Assembly (NCBI GenBank): GCA_963755915.1
Contig: CAVWLP010000002.1
Coordinates: 1,952,001 to 2,016,000 of the forward strand
Source: an uncultured Phycisphaerales bacterium
GTDB lineage: Bacteria; Planctomycetota; Phycisphaerae; Tepidisphaerales; Tepidisphaeraceae
DNA: 64,000 nucleotides
Reading direction: 5' to 3'
In this document: piece by piece, positions 32,215 to 41,884 of the stretch
Numbering within the stretch: position 1 is the first letter of the stretch
Layout: each line of letters opens with the position of its first letter
Translations under genes and position numbers: made by a program
Notes under the pieces: model-generated
Told to the model about the DNA's origin: nothing
The model's input: only the letters and a program-made list of their open reading frames with translations
Database searches by the model: none

Positions 32215-33728
32215 GGCTGCGCGCCGCCTTGAGGAATGGGATGCATCAGTTCCGTGCCGGGGGTTGGCATTGTGGTGGCGGTGTTGGAGCCGCGGAGCTT
32301 TTCAATCGCTTCGGTCGTGCGGCTTTCAACGTCCATCAGGAACTGGCCGCTGGTGACCACCTGATCGCCTGGGGCGAGCCCCTCGACAATCTGCACTTTG
32401 TCATCGTCTCCCAAGATCCCCATCCGCACATTGCGAGGCTGGAAATGTCCGGCGGATGCCGGGTCCATGACGAAAGCAATTTGCTGCGTACCCGTGTCGA
32501 TGATCGCTTCGCGAGGCGACACCACCGCATCGCGAATCGGTCGCGTCACGATCTCGGCGGTTGCGTACATGCCGGGCTTTAGCTCATGGCCCGGATTGTC
32601 CAGCACCGTGCGGATGATTTCCGTTCGCGCCATATGGTCGAGGTGCGGATAGATGAAGCTGACTTTGCCCGTGAATGTTTTTCCTGGCACGCCGTCCACC
32701 GTGGCGCGGACTTCCTGTCCGACCTGGATCATCGAGAGCTGGTCTTCATACACTTGTGCGTTGAGCCACAGCTTTGAGTGGTCCTCAATGCGCATCACCT
32801 TCATCCCCGCCTGCACGGCTGATCCTTCGACGACCATCTTGTCCACAATGTGGCCGCCGGCAGGGCTGCGAAATGGAACGGTCTGGGGCGGCTGATCCGC
32901 GGCGGCAATGGCTTCAATATCCCTATCCGCAATATCCCAGAAACGAAGCTTCTGCTTCGCGGAATCCACCAGATTTCGCGCGTCATTCCGAACGGCATCA
33001 CCGGCATCGCTGCCCAAAGCCTTCAGGTTTTGCTCGGCCGCGATCAACTCCTGCTCGGCCAGTTGCAAATCGGGGCTATAAAGATCAAAAAGCACCTCGC
33101 CTTTGGCAACGCTCATTCCCTCCGTGTCCGCATAGAGCTTCTGGATAAAGCCGTTGATCTTAAGCGTGACATCGTGCATGCCCGGTTCGGGCACTTCCAA
33201 CATCCCCACCGCTCGCACCGTCACCGACAGCGGCCCGCGCACAACCGGCGCGGTCGTCACGCCCATGTTCTGCACCACGGCCGGATCGATCCGCACCGAC
33301 GGCCCGGCCGAAACATCGCCTTTGTAGACCGGAACCAGGTCCATCCCCATCGCGCTTTTGCCGGGATGATCGGAGATGCTCGACGGCCCAAGCATCGGGT
33401 CCCACCAGTAGGCGATTTTCTTTATGTCATTAGATGAAGTCTGATCGTCCAGGTTCAGCGGAACCAGTTTCATGTGACAGATTGGACAAAAGCCGGGGTG
33501 GTCCTGGATGACCTGTGGGTGCATGCCGCAGGTCCAGAGCTGTTTGGGTTGATCGCTGGAAGCGGCGGTAGCTGTTTCGACCGTTGGTGGCGACGATGAA
33601 TATTCGAGCTTTGCAACGACGAGTGCAGAGGCGATCAGCACGCCAATGCACGTAACGATGACGAGGATTTTCATAGAGACTCGCGCAACGAAGAGCCGAT
33701 CGAAAAATGAACGTGCAGCACCAATCAC
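32211..33728 (-). CDS. cusB: CusB-type periplasmic adaptor with heavy-metal-binding domains
   Basis: WTCGMHPQV..PGFCPICHMKL and YWWDPM..PGKSAMGMDLVP; YSPDL; LKPGMYA. Confidence 0.88.
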   Translation of the reverse strand: MIGAARSFFDRLFVARVSMKILVIVTCIGVLIASALVVAKLEYSSSPPTVETATAASSDQPKQLWTCGMHPQVIQDHPGFCPICHMKLVPLNLDDQTSSNDIKKIAYWWDPMLGPSSISDHPGKSAMGMDLVPVYKGDVSAGPSVRIDPAVVQNMGVTTAPVVRGPLSVTVRAVGMLEVPEPGMHDVTLKINGFIQKLYADTEGMSVAKGEVLFDLYSPDLQLAEQELIAAEQNLKALGSDAGDAVRNDARNLVDSAKQKLRFWDIADRDIEAIAAADQPPQTVPFRSPAGGHIVDKMVVEGSAVQAGMKVMRIEDHSKLWLNAQVYEDQLSMIQVGQEVRATVDGVPGKTFTGKVSFIYPHLDHMARTEIIRTVLDNPGHELKPGMYATAEIVTRPIRDAVVSPREAIIDTGTQQIAFVMDPASAGHFQPRNVRMGILGDDDKVQIVEGLAPGDQVVTSGQFLMDVESRTTEAIEKLRGSNTATTMPTPGTELMHPIPQGGAQP

Positions 33729-33776
33729 CGGGCGAGGTGAAACTCGCGGTGAATGGAAGTCAGGTTCCGGAGTGGA

Positions 33777-34196
33777 TCAAACGGTGAGCGCGCAGCCCAG
33801 GCTGAGAAGAGTGCGCGGAGGCGGGCCCTCTGTCTGCTTTGACGCACGAACCGAGGTCCTCGGCGCCGCAGCAAGGGTCAAAAAGCAGGGCAGATGCGAA
33901 ATGAACAGATGAAGCGGTGCGATTTGCGCCGAGGCGGTCGTTGTTACGACCACACCGGATCCGACCATCGGGCAATTCTGCGGCATCATCGGGCGTGGTT
34001 GCTGAGATTTATTCGAACCACACGGCATTTTGCCGGCGTTAATTCCGCAGCAACAGCAGCATTTGCAATGGGCCGCCGCGCACTCCGGGATGGATGCGCA
34101 TTCAATCGGCGAGCAGGCCGTTACTGGCGACCCGCCTGCCAGAAATATCCCGGCAATCAGACACGAAATAATCTGTTGGAATCTCAAGGCTACCAT
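33777..34196 (-). CDS. Small Cys-rich exported protein upstream of cusB
   Basis: Signal-like N-terminus, HCKCCCCCG, C-terminal GPPPRTLLSLGCAL; co-oriented with the cus genes. Confidence 0.55.
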   Translation of the reverse strand: MVALRFQQIISCLIAGIFLAGGSPVTACSPIECASIPECAAAHCKCCCCCGINAGKMPCGSNKSQQPRPMMPQNCPMVGSGVVVTTTASAQIAPLHLFISHLPCFLTLAAAPRTSVRASKQTEGPPPRTLLSLGCALTV

Positions 34197-34251
34197 GATC
34201 AAACTACGCCCCAAACGCCATATCGTCAAGAAATCAAAGGCAATGCAATAT

Positions 34252-34386
34252 AATTGCTTCCCCAACGAACGCCACATCACCCTCGCCTGGGGCCGCGATT
34301 ACGGCGACGTAAGCCCGGTCCGCGGCGTCGTGCTGGGCGGCGCGGGGCATCATATCGTGGTGTCGGTGGATATGGCGGCGGTTTAA
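34252..34386 (+). repeat. 135-bp direct repeat, copy 2 (orphan 3' end of transglutaminase gene)
   Basis: Encodes PNERHITLAWGRDYGDVSPVRGVVLGGAGHHIVVSVDMAAV*, identical to the end of 26293..27165. Confidence 0.95.
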
Positions 34387-34410
34387 AAAGGATCGATCGC
34401 GCCCTCTTAT

Positions 34411-34655
34411 CCCCTCCCCTGGTATTCCGGGGGATTGGGGGCTGAGCGAAGCGAAGTCCCGACCTGTCGGGAGCAAGGGTGGGGGCGTCTGCCGCTCTAC
34501 TTTCCACTCTCTCGCACAGCGCGGGGTGGGGGCTCTCCTGCTCTACTTTCTACTGTTTACATACTCGGAGGAAACAAAGGGGTCAGGACCCTTAAACCAT
34601 AAAATTATTCACATGTAGCCCATCGGGAAACTTTAAGGTGTCAGGAGCCCCCCAT
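34411..34655. repeat. Cluster of REP-like palindromes and short repeats
   Basis: CCCCTCCCCTGGTATTCCGGGGGATTGGGG; GTCCCGACCTGTCGGGA; two GGGTGGGGGC...GCTCTACTTTC.ACT units; AAAGGGGTCAGGACCCTT and AAGGTGTCAGGAGCCCC. Confidence 0.55.
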
Positions 34656-34700
34656 AATCAATTGAAACTGGCCGTTTCTGGCACCAGCGAAAACCAACGC

Positions 34701-35507
34701 TCAATCCCCTCCCAACATCCGCACAATCATTCCCCGCCGTCCCCGCGTCCTCTCCATCTCGACCCGTCCCGCAAGCTCAAGAAGTCGCAACGCTCCGTTC
34801 GTCGCCAGCCGGCTCGCACCAATCCGACGTGAAATCTCCATCGCCCCGTCGACCTCGCCCCCTTCAGGCCATTCCGCCACAACCGACGTTGCAATATCCC
34901 CAAGTGTTGACCGACCAGCCAGCGCGGGGTTGTGCCGGGCGACCCAGAAGACAGGGCGAATCGCATCGTCCTTTATCCGCATCGTCTCGTCGGACAACCA
35001 CTGCCCCCACTTTTTTGAAAGCGCGCTTGCACTCTGCTCCGCCTGACGCCGCAGCACCGCCATGCCGTTCTCGGCATCAGAAAGGGGCCGGTCAACTTGC
35101 GATATCGACCCGCGGCACACGTCGATCGCGTATTTGAGGTTAATTCCCCCGGCCCACTCCAGCATCAGCCCAAGCACGGGCCGAGTTTCGACCTCCAGCT
35201 CATCATGCACCAGCCGCGCCAACCGGTGCCCGGCCACGTACGAACTGAACCGATGCAGCCAGCTCGCCGCCAGCAGGAACAGGCGCACGTTCCCAGGCGC
35301 GAGTCGAGCGGTATCCAACAACAACCGCTCAACGTCGGGCGTCTGCCTGGCCGCTGCGACGTTAAACATCACGCCCAGCCGCGCCCAAGCGGCGGCGACC
35401 TGCGCCTCCGTCGCGCTCCTCGTCTTCTTGGTGCTTGTCGTCATCGCAGTCATCGTCCACCTTACAATCTTCATCGTTAGCGCAATCGCCTGCGCTACTG
35501 CTCCCAT
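34701..35507 (-). CDS. Hypothetical protein with C-terminal HTH, partner of the DUF6036 gene
   Basis: Overlaps the upstream gene's end; C-terminal AMEISRRIGASRLATNGALRLLELAGRV looks like a wHTH. Confidence 0.6.
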   Translation of the reverse strand: MGAVAQAIALTMKIVRWTMTAMTTSTKKTRSATEAQVAAAWARLGVMFNVAAARQTPDVERLLLDTARLAPGNVRLFLLAASWLHRFSSYVAGHRLARLVHDELEVETRPVLGLMLEWAGGINLKYAIDVCRGSISQVDRPLSDAENGMAVLRRQAEQSASALSKKWGQWLSDETMRIKDDAIRPVFWVARHNPALAGRSTLGDIATSVVAEWPEGGEVDGAMEISRRIGASRLATNGALRLLELAGRVEMERTRGRRGMIVRMLGGD

Positions 35508-36019
35508 TCGTCGATTCGTTCCAGCGTTCGCAAGACTCGTCCGTCGTCGCCTATTGCCGCGATGTGTTCGCGCACGACTTTGCGTTCCTCAGGCGTCGGA
35601 GAAATATCAAGCAGATCCTCAATATCCTGAGGGCGGCCTGCATAGAACTTCATCGAGATCAGGTCGAGCCGACTGGCGGCATATACCGTCAATCTCCCGA
35701 AATGGCCCACCTCAACGCGTCGGTCCTTCCATGTCGGCAGCAACGTCTCCCGATAAAGGCCCGCATCGCCATTCAGCCAGTCGTTGGGAAGACCCATTTC
35801 CCGACCGACAAGGGAAGCCGCCTCATACAGTGCTTCGTCCTCCCGGCTGGGAACAATGTTGAGCACATCAACATCCGCCGTCGTCCGCTCAGGACGGAGG
35901 AGGTCGCTAAGCACCGCCGCTGCTCCTCCGACCACAAGCACCTCCATTTCCGGACCGTCGCCCAGCCGCCGGCCGGTAGCCTCTAGCGCCGCTCGGATTT
36001 GCTTGCCGCCCAGTCCCAT
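35495..36019 (-). CDS. DUF6036-like nucleotidyltransferase
   Basis: VVGGAA...RTTADVDV (GG + DxD), WLN, SMKFYAGRPQDIED. Confidence 0.8.
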   Translation of the reverse strand: MGLGGKQIRAALEATGRRLGDGPEMEVLVVGGAAAVLSDLLRPERTTADVDVLNIVPSREDEALYEAASLVGREMGLPNDWLNGDAGLYRETLLPTWKDRRVEVGHFGRLTVYAASRLDLISMKFYAGRPQDIEDLLDISPTPEERKVVREHIAAIGDDGRVLRTLERIDEWEQ

Positions 36020-36130
36020 TAGAAAAAGCTCCACATTTGTGTACTATATTACTATACGTATCGTCTATTAACAACGTCTCACTAAACATGCGATGCCGTG
36101 AAGCAAACCTCAAATCCCAAAGCCTCCCTC

Positions 36131-36280
36131 AAAGCAAATTCGCGACAAACGGGGCGCTTTTTCCCGCGCGAACCGCTTCTCGCCGGACAAATCACCCCCA
36201 ACCCCTTCACCCACCAGCACATACACCACGCCAATAAGCTAGCACTCACTAATCAAATTCAAAAAAGCGCTCCGTTTTGT
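36131..36280 (+). repeat. Dispersed ~150-bp intergenic repeat, copy 2 (3' end cut by IS4)
   Basis: Aligns with 20143-20295. Confidence 0.75.
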
Positions 36281-37770
36281 TAATCCCGTTCGGCACGCAG
36301 GCTTCATCGGAGCATTCCAAAGCTGTGGAGGACGCGAAACAATTGAAGCTTAGATACTTTTACTTTCCCCTGCTGCACGCCGGCGTCCGCAAGAGCGCAG
36401 CATCAACCGCGAGGTCTCCGCGGCGACGGATTCCCCTTCAGTTTACTCCCAGTTTTTTCAAGGCCTCCGCTCTTGCCCTCAGCTTAATCCCGGTGTTATC
36501 CGGCTTGTTCAGGAATCGAAGCACGTCCTGTTCCTCGGCCAGCCCCAGCAGATACCAGCCGATCATGTTCCGCATCGCCTTGTTCGGCTTCCTGCCGCTG
36601 ATCAGCTGAATCAGCACGCAGACGATCAGCGCGCAGTGGATTTGGATGTCGATCCCCTCCTGGCGTTGGCTCAGCAGGTGACGCATGCCCAGCAGTTGCT
36701 TGAAGATCCGGAAGAACAACTCAACGGTGTAGCGGTACAGATAAATCAGGGCGATCAATTCCGCCGGCAGGTCCAGCAGGTTCGTGTACAGGATGATCAG
36801 GTCCGTCGGCTTGTTGCCGCTGCGCGTGCGGCGCGGATGGGGTTTCACCTGCACTTCCACCCGTCGCACCACCCTATCCGCCGCCGTCTCCAGGCCGTCG
36901 AGTTTCACCAGCGCGTCTCGCACCACGCCGCCGTCCAATGCTTCCTGTGAAAGCAATCGTTCTTCAAACAGCTCAAACACCGAGTTTTCCGCGGCCCGCA
37001 TCACAAAGGAGCTTTGCGCCGCGGCGATGTCCGCAAAGAGGCTCCGGTCGGCGTAGCCGCCGTCTCCTACATAGCACCGTCCTGCTTCCAGGCTGCGCCG
37101 CAGGACGTTGTTTTCACGGTTGGCCCCCGCGTTGCGAGCGCCAGTGCGGTCGAGGCGATGGACTTTGAACGTCTCCAGATCGAATTGAACGTGCAAACGC
37201 CAGCCATAGACCGCTTTCCCGTCCCGGGAGGTGTTGTAGTGCGCATCGATGCCGCAAGCGGATTTGGCCAGCCGACTCAGCGCCGTCAGCACCGTCCCGT
37301 CGACCAGCGTGATCGCCTGCCCAAAGTCCGCAAGACGCGGATCGGGCGCCTGGGGCAGTTCCCCCGCCAATTCCTCAATCAGCGGCGTCAAACGCCCCGG
37401 CTCGAACACCCGAACCGATTCAGAGAAACTGCCCACGGAAAAACGCTTAATTCCCAGCGCCTTGGCCACCTTGGGCAGTTCAGCAACCTCCTGAAGATCC
37501 CGCAGGGATTGGATCAGCGGATTCCAGGTGTAAAGCAAAACCAGCTTGCAATAATCGTCGAAGTGAAGCTGGCGGTTCCCGGCTCGATCCCGCTCACAGC
37601 CCACATCCCGCAGCGTGGGCAGCAGCGCGAAGACGCGCCGCAGATGTCCGAGGCACAGGATCTCTTTTTCCTTCAGTCTTGCCTGCACGTCCGGCAGCAT
37701 GCCATAAAAAGATCAAAGGCGCAATCTCAATATCTTGCTGCTTGCGCGAACCCCGTGCCGAACGGGATTA
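36281..37770 (-). mobile_element. IS4-family insertion sequence
   Basis: Perfect 17-bp IRs TAATCCCGTTCGGCACG / CGTGCCGAACGGGATTA; CGTTTTGT flanks both sides (36273-36280, 37772-37779). Confidence 0.92.
36438..37700 (-). CDS. IS4-family DDE transposase
   Basis: LVDGT, GDGGY, Y.YRYTVELFFRIFK (YREK-like). Confidence 0.92.
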   Translation of the reverse strand: MLPDVQARLKEKEILCLGHLRRVFALLPTLRDVGCERDRAGNRQLHFDDYCKLVLLYTWNPLIQSLRDLQEVAELPKVAKALGIKRFSVGSFSESVRVFEPGRLTPLIEELAGELPQAPDPRLADFGQAITLVDGTVLTALSRLAKSACGIDAHYNTSRDGKAVYGWRLHVQFDLETFKVHRLDRTGARNAGANRENNVLRRSLEAGRCYVGDGGYADRSLFADIAAAQSSFVMRAAENSVFELFEERLLSQEALDGGVVRDALVKLDGLETAADRVVRRVEVQVKPHPRRTRSGNKPTDLIILYTNLLDLPAELIALIYLYRYTVELFFRIFKQLLGMRHLLSQRQEGIDIQIHCALIVCVLIQLISGRKPNKAMRNMIGWYLLGLAEEQDVLRFLNKPDNTGIKLRARAEALKKLGVN

Positions 37771-37798
37771 ACGTTTTGTTACGTTCTGTTCAGTCCGC

Positions 37799-39310
37799 TC
37801 AAACCCCATAAATCTCCCCCGCCCTGTGTCTCAAATGCTCCAGCAGCGGCCCAGCCGACAAACTTTCCCCCGTCACTCTGCGGACCAGCTCCCCCGCCGA
37901 ATACCTCCGCCCATGCACATGAATATTCTTCCTCAGCCACCCCAGCAGCGGCTCGAACTCGCCGCTGGCGAATTGGCCATCCACATCCCCCAAATCCTTT
38001 CGTGCCTGCGCGAAGAATTGGGCAGCATAAAGATTCCCGAGCGTGTACGTCGGAAAATACCCAATCCCCCCGCAAGACCAGTGAACATCCTGCAGCACGC
38101 CCCGGGCGTCATCCGGCGGCGCCATGCCCAGATACTCCTTCATCTTCCCGTTCCAAGCCTCCGGCAGATCGCTCACGCCGACCTCGCCGGTCATCATCGC
38201 CTGCTCCAGCTCGAATCGCAGAAGGATGTGCAGGTTGTACGTCGTCTCGTCCGACTCGGTCCGGATGAAGCTCGGCCGGACGTCGTTGATCGCCTCGTAC
38301 CAGTCCTCCTCGCCGACCCCCGCCGTCGCGGTCGCGAACGCCGACTGAACCTTCGGCCAGAAAAATCGCCAGAACGCTCGGCTGCGGCCGACGAAATTTT
38401 CCCACAGCCGCGACTGGCTCTCATGGATTCCCAGCGAAACCGCCCGCCCGCACGGCAAGCCGAAATGCTCGGCCGGCAGGCCCTGCTCGTAGAGCCCGTG
38501 CCCGGTCTCATGCATCACGCCAAAGAAAGCGTCGCCGAAATATTTGGGATCGTACCGCGTCGTCAGCCGGACATCCCCCGGTCCGATGTCGGTGCAAAAC
38601 GGATGCACGGTGACATCAAGCCGCCCGGCCTGGAAATCAAAACCGACAAACGCCGCCGCCTCGCGGGCAAGCTTCTCCTGCGCGGCCGCCGGATAATCCC
38701 GCTCCAGAATTTCGGCTGCGGTGCGCCGCCCGCTTTCGGCGATCTTCCGGATCAGCTCGACCAGCGGCCCCCGCAGCTCCTCGAACACCCGGCGAAGCTC
38801 CGCGGTCGTGCAGCCCGGCTCGTAATCCTCCAGCAGCGCGTCGTAAATATGCTCGCGATACCCGAGACAGTTGGCCTCCTGCTTTTTCAGAACGAGGGTT
38901 TTTTCAAGCCAGGGAGCGAACGCCGCGAAATCGGATTTCCGCCTCGCCTCCGCCCAGGCGTGCTGGGCGAGAACTTCTAGCTTGGCCTGCTCCTCGACCA
39001 GTGAAGCCGGCAGCTTTCGTTTGCGATCGTACCCGCGCCGCGTTTCCCGGACATTGGTGGCGACATCGCTATCGGCCTGGCCCATGAGATCGGAATTCTC
39101 GACAGCGCCGAGCCAATCGCCGATCTTCGGCGCCGTCGCTCGCTCATGGATCATTCGCGCCAGCAGCGCCGACTGATTGCCGCGATGTTCCGCCCCCTTG
39201 GTTGGAAGCTGCGTCCGCTCGTCCCACCCGAGCAGCGCGGAGACCGATCCGAGCAACCCGATTTCCCGCAGCTCGACGATCAAGGCATCGTAAGATTGTT
39301 TGGCGTTCAT
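37799..39310 (-). CDS. Carboxypeptidase Taq, peptidase M32
   Basis: HPFC, HETGH, HESQ, IRTESDE, QDVHW, GYFPTYTLG. Confidence 0.95.
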   Translation of the reverse strand: MNAKQSYDALIVELREIGLLGSVSALLGWDERTQLPTKGAEHRGNQSALLARMIHERATAPKIGDWLGAVENSDLMGQADSDVATNVRETRRGYDRKRKLPASLVEEQAKLEVLAQHAWAEARRKSDFAAFAPWLEKTLVLKKQEANCLGYREHIYDALLEDYEPGCTTAELRRVFEELRGPLVELIRKIAESGRRTAAEILERDYPAAAQEKLAREAAAFVGFDFQAGRLDVTVHPFCTDIGPGDVRLTTRYDPKYFGDAFFGVMHETGHGLYEQGLPAEHFGLPCGRAVSLGIHESQSRLWENFVGRSRAFWRFFWPKVQSAFATATAGVGEEDWYEAINDVRPSFIRTESDETTYNLHILLRFELEQAMMTGEVGVSDLPEAWNGKMKEYLGMAPPDDARGVLQDVHWSCGGIGYFPTYTLGNLYAAQFFAQARKDLGDVDGQFASGEFEPLLGWLRKNIHVHGRRYSAGELVRRVTGESLSAGPLLEHLRHRAGEIYGV

Positions 39311-39516
39311 ATCACCGGATAGGATACGTTGCCGCGACTCGCGATGTTAGCGTTCGATTGAGGATCTGACGCAAAAAATGCTCGATTCGGGCCGGAAATT
39401 CGTTTTTCTTTTCGTCGATGCGCAAAACCCCGAAACGAATCGGCTCTACCCAGAAATCGCGCTGGCCAATTGGCGTCGCTTTTGATAGGCATTAGCACTT
39501 CCAGCCGCTTGAAAAA

Positions 39517-40887
39517 ATGGGAAGCTACAGCGCCAAAGTCGGGTCAACGCATTATTCATTCCGTGATTTGAAGGAGCTGATGGGCAAGGCCTCGCCGCTG
39601 CGGTCGGGGGATTGCCTGGCGAATGTGGCGGCGGGGAGTGAAAAAGAGCGCGTTGCCGCGCAGACGATGCTGGCGGATGTGCCACTGGCGCGGTTTCTTG
39701 AAGAGCCGCTGATTGATTATGACGCGGATGAAGTGACCCGCCTGATTCTGGATGGGCACGATCGGGCGGCGTTTGCGCCGGTTGCCGATCTGACCGTCGG
39801 GCAGTTCCGCGAATATCTTTTGAATTACGAAACAACCGGCGAAATGTTGGCGGCCCTGGCGGGGGGGCTGACGCCGGAGATGGTGGCGGCGGTTTCGAAA
39901 ATCTGCCGGAACCAGGACCTGATCCTCATCGCGGCAAAGTGCAAAGTGGTCACGAAGTTTCGCGATACGCTGGGCCTGCCGCGGAGGCTTTCGGTTCGTC
40001 TTCAGCCGAACCATCCGACCGATGATCTGAAGGGGATCGCGGCCGGCATTATCGACGGGCTGCTCTACGGCTGTGGGGACGCTGTGATTGGGATCAACCC
40101 GGCCACAGACAATGTCTCCACCACATGCGAACTATTGAAGATGACCGGGGATCTAATTGAGCGATATGAAATCCCGACCCAATCCTGCGTGCTGGCGCAT
40201 GTGACAACTTCACTGCGGGCCATCGAGCGCAGCGCGCCTCTGGATTTGGTTTTCCAGTCGATCGCGGGAACGGAGGCCGCGAACAAAAGCTTTGGGATCG
40301 ACCTGGCGATTCTCAAACAGGCGCACGAAGCGGCGCTCTCCCTGAAGCGCGGCACCGTGGGAAGCGACTGCATGTATTTCGAAACCGGGCAGGGGAGCTG
40401 TCTCTCCGCCGGTGCTCATCATGGCGTTGATCAGCAGACGCTGGAAGTGCGCGCCTACGCCGTGGCGAGGCAGTTTCAGCCCCTGCTGGTCAATACCGTT
40501 GTCGGTTTCATCGGTCCCGAATATCTCTACGACGGCAAGCAAATCGTGCGCGCGGGGCTGGAAGATCATTGCTGTGGGAAGCTGATGGGATTGCCGATGG
40601 GAGTTGATGTCTGCTACACCAACCACGCCGAGGCGGATCAGAATGATATGGACAACCTGTTGACGCTGCTGGGCGCGGCCGGCGTGAACTTTATCATGGG
40701 CGTACCTGGCGCCGATGACATCATGCTCAACTACCAGTCGACAAGCTTTCATGACGCCGGCTATTTGCGGGAGGTTTTGGGCCTGCGCCCGGCGCCGGAA
40801 TTTGAATCGTGGCTGCGGCGGATGAAGGTGATGGATTCATCGGCACGATTGCTGCCGATCGCGCGAAAACCGGCTGCTGGGAAATGA
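39517..40887 (+). CDS. eutB: Ethanolamine ammonia-lyase large subunit
   Basis: RLQPNHPTDD, YFETGQGS, VVGFIGPEYL, CYTNHAEADQ, YQSTSFHD. Confidence 0.97.
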   Translation: MGSYSAKVGSTHYSFRDLKELMGKASPLRSGDCLANVAAGSEKERVAAQTMLADVPLARFLEEPLIDYDADEVTRLILDGHDRAAFAPVADLTVGQFREYLLNYETTGEMLAALAGGLTPEMVAAVSKICRNQDLILIAAKCKVVTKFRDTLGLPRRLSVRLQPNHPTDDLKGIAAGIIDGLLYGCGDAVIGINPATDNVSTTCELLKMTGDLIERYEIPTQSCVLAHVTTSLRAIERSAPLDLVFQSIAGTEAANKSFGIDLAILKQAHEAALSLKRGTVGSDCMYFETGQGSCLSAGAHHGVDQQTLEVRAYAVARQFQPLLVNTVVGFIGPEYLYDGKQIVRAGLEDHCCGKLMGLPMGVDVCYTNHAEADQNDMDNLLTLLGAAGVNFIMGVPGADDIMLNYQSTSFHDAGYLREVLGLRPAPEFESWLRRMKVMDSSARLLPIARKPAAGK

Positions 40888-40899
40888 GGGAGGGTTGTG

Positions 40900-41691
40900 A
40901 TGAGCAGACCGACGGCACATCCCGATCCCTGGTCCGCGCTTGGCCGGCATACGGCCGTGCGCATTGCCCTGGGTCGGGCCGGCGGTTCGCTACCGACGGG
41001 GGAATTGCTCAGATTCGCTTACGATCATGCGGAGGCGCGCGACGCGGTGCATGCGCCGTTCGATCTGGGCCGGCTTGAGGCGGATTTGGCGAAGGTGGGG
41101 AGTCCGATTGTTCGGGTTGCTTCACGGGTGACGGATCGGCTGGTTTATCTTCAACGACCCGATCTGGGGAGCCAGTTGGATGAAGCGGGCACCGCGGAGC
41201 TTTCGCGCGTTGCCGCGTCGCATCCGGATGGATTCGATCTTGCGCTGATTGTCGCTGATGGTCTTTCCGCGACCGCCGGCCAAAGCCATGCGGCGGCGGT
41301 GGTAAGCGATTTGGTTGATCTTCTGCGGCAGGATCGCATTCGTCTTGCGCCGCTGATTTTGGCTCGATTCGCCCGGGTGGCGCTTGAGGATGAAATCGGA
41401 CATCTACTGCGCGCTCGTGCGAGCCTCATTCTCCTCGGGGAACGCCCGGGGCTTGGAACGGCTGACAGCCTGGGGGCGTACCTGGTTTTCGATCCCAAGC
41501 CCGGGCGAAGCAATGCCGATCGGAACTGCGTCTCCAACATCCGCCCCGGCGGGCTTCGTCCCGAATTCGCGGCGCACACCCTGCATTACCTGGTCGCCCA
41601 GTGCCTGCAGCGGCAAATCAGCGGTATCCATCTCAAGGATGAACGGGAAGGCAGGATGAAACAGATGACTCACCGTGCCGCCGAAGGCTGA
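40900..41691 (+). CDS. eutC: Ethanolamine ammonia-lyase small subunit
   Basis: RIALGRAG, YLQRPDLG, ADGLSA, GERPGL, DRNCVSNIR. Confidence 0.96.
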   Translation: MSRPTAHPDPWSALGRHTAVRIALGRAGGSLPTGELLRFAYDHAEARDAVHAPFDLGRLEADLAKVGSPIVRVASRVTDRLVYLQRPDLGSQLDEAGTAELSRVAASHPDGFDLALIVADGLSATAGQSHAAAVVSDLVDLLRQDRIRLAPLILARFARVALEDEIGHLLRARASLILLGERPGLGTADSLGAYLVFDPKPGRSNADRNCVSNIRPGGLRPEFAAHTLHYLVAQCLQRQISGIHLKDEREGRMKQMTHRAAEG

Positions 41692-41884
41692 CGATTTGAA
41701 ATCTGCCGCCGAAACATTCGCATCCATAATCGCCAATCCGCCACCAAATCTCACCGCTCTTACCCCCTTTACCGCCATTCGGATGCAATGTCCGCCAGTC
41801 GCCCCACAGGGGCTGGCGCACAACCCCCTTCAAGCTGTTACAATCCAGGTAAGCGGCTGCCGCTAAATTTAACAGGAGCTTTTC

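Noticed and set aside
39517-41691. eutBC as part of a bacterial microcompartment locus
   Set aside because: No shell-protein genes nearby; stand-alone eutBC is common
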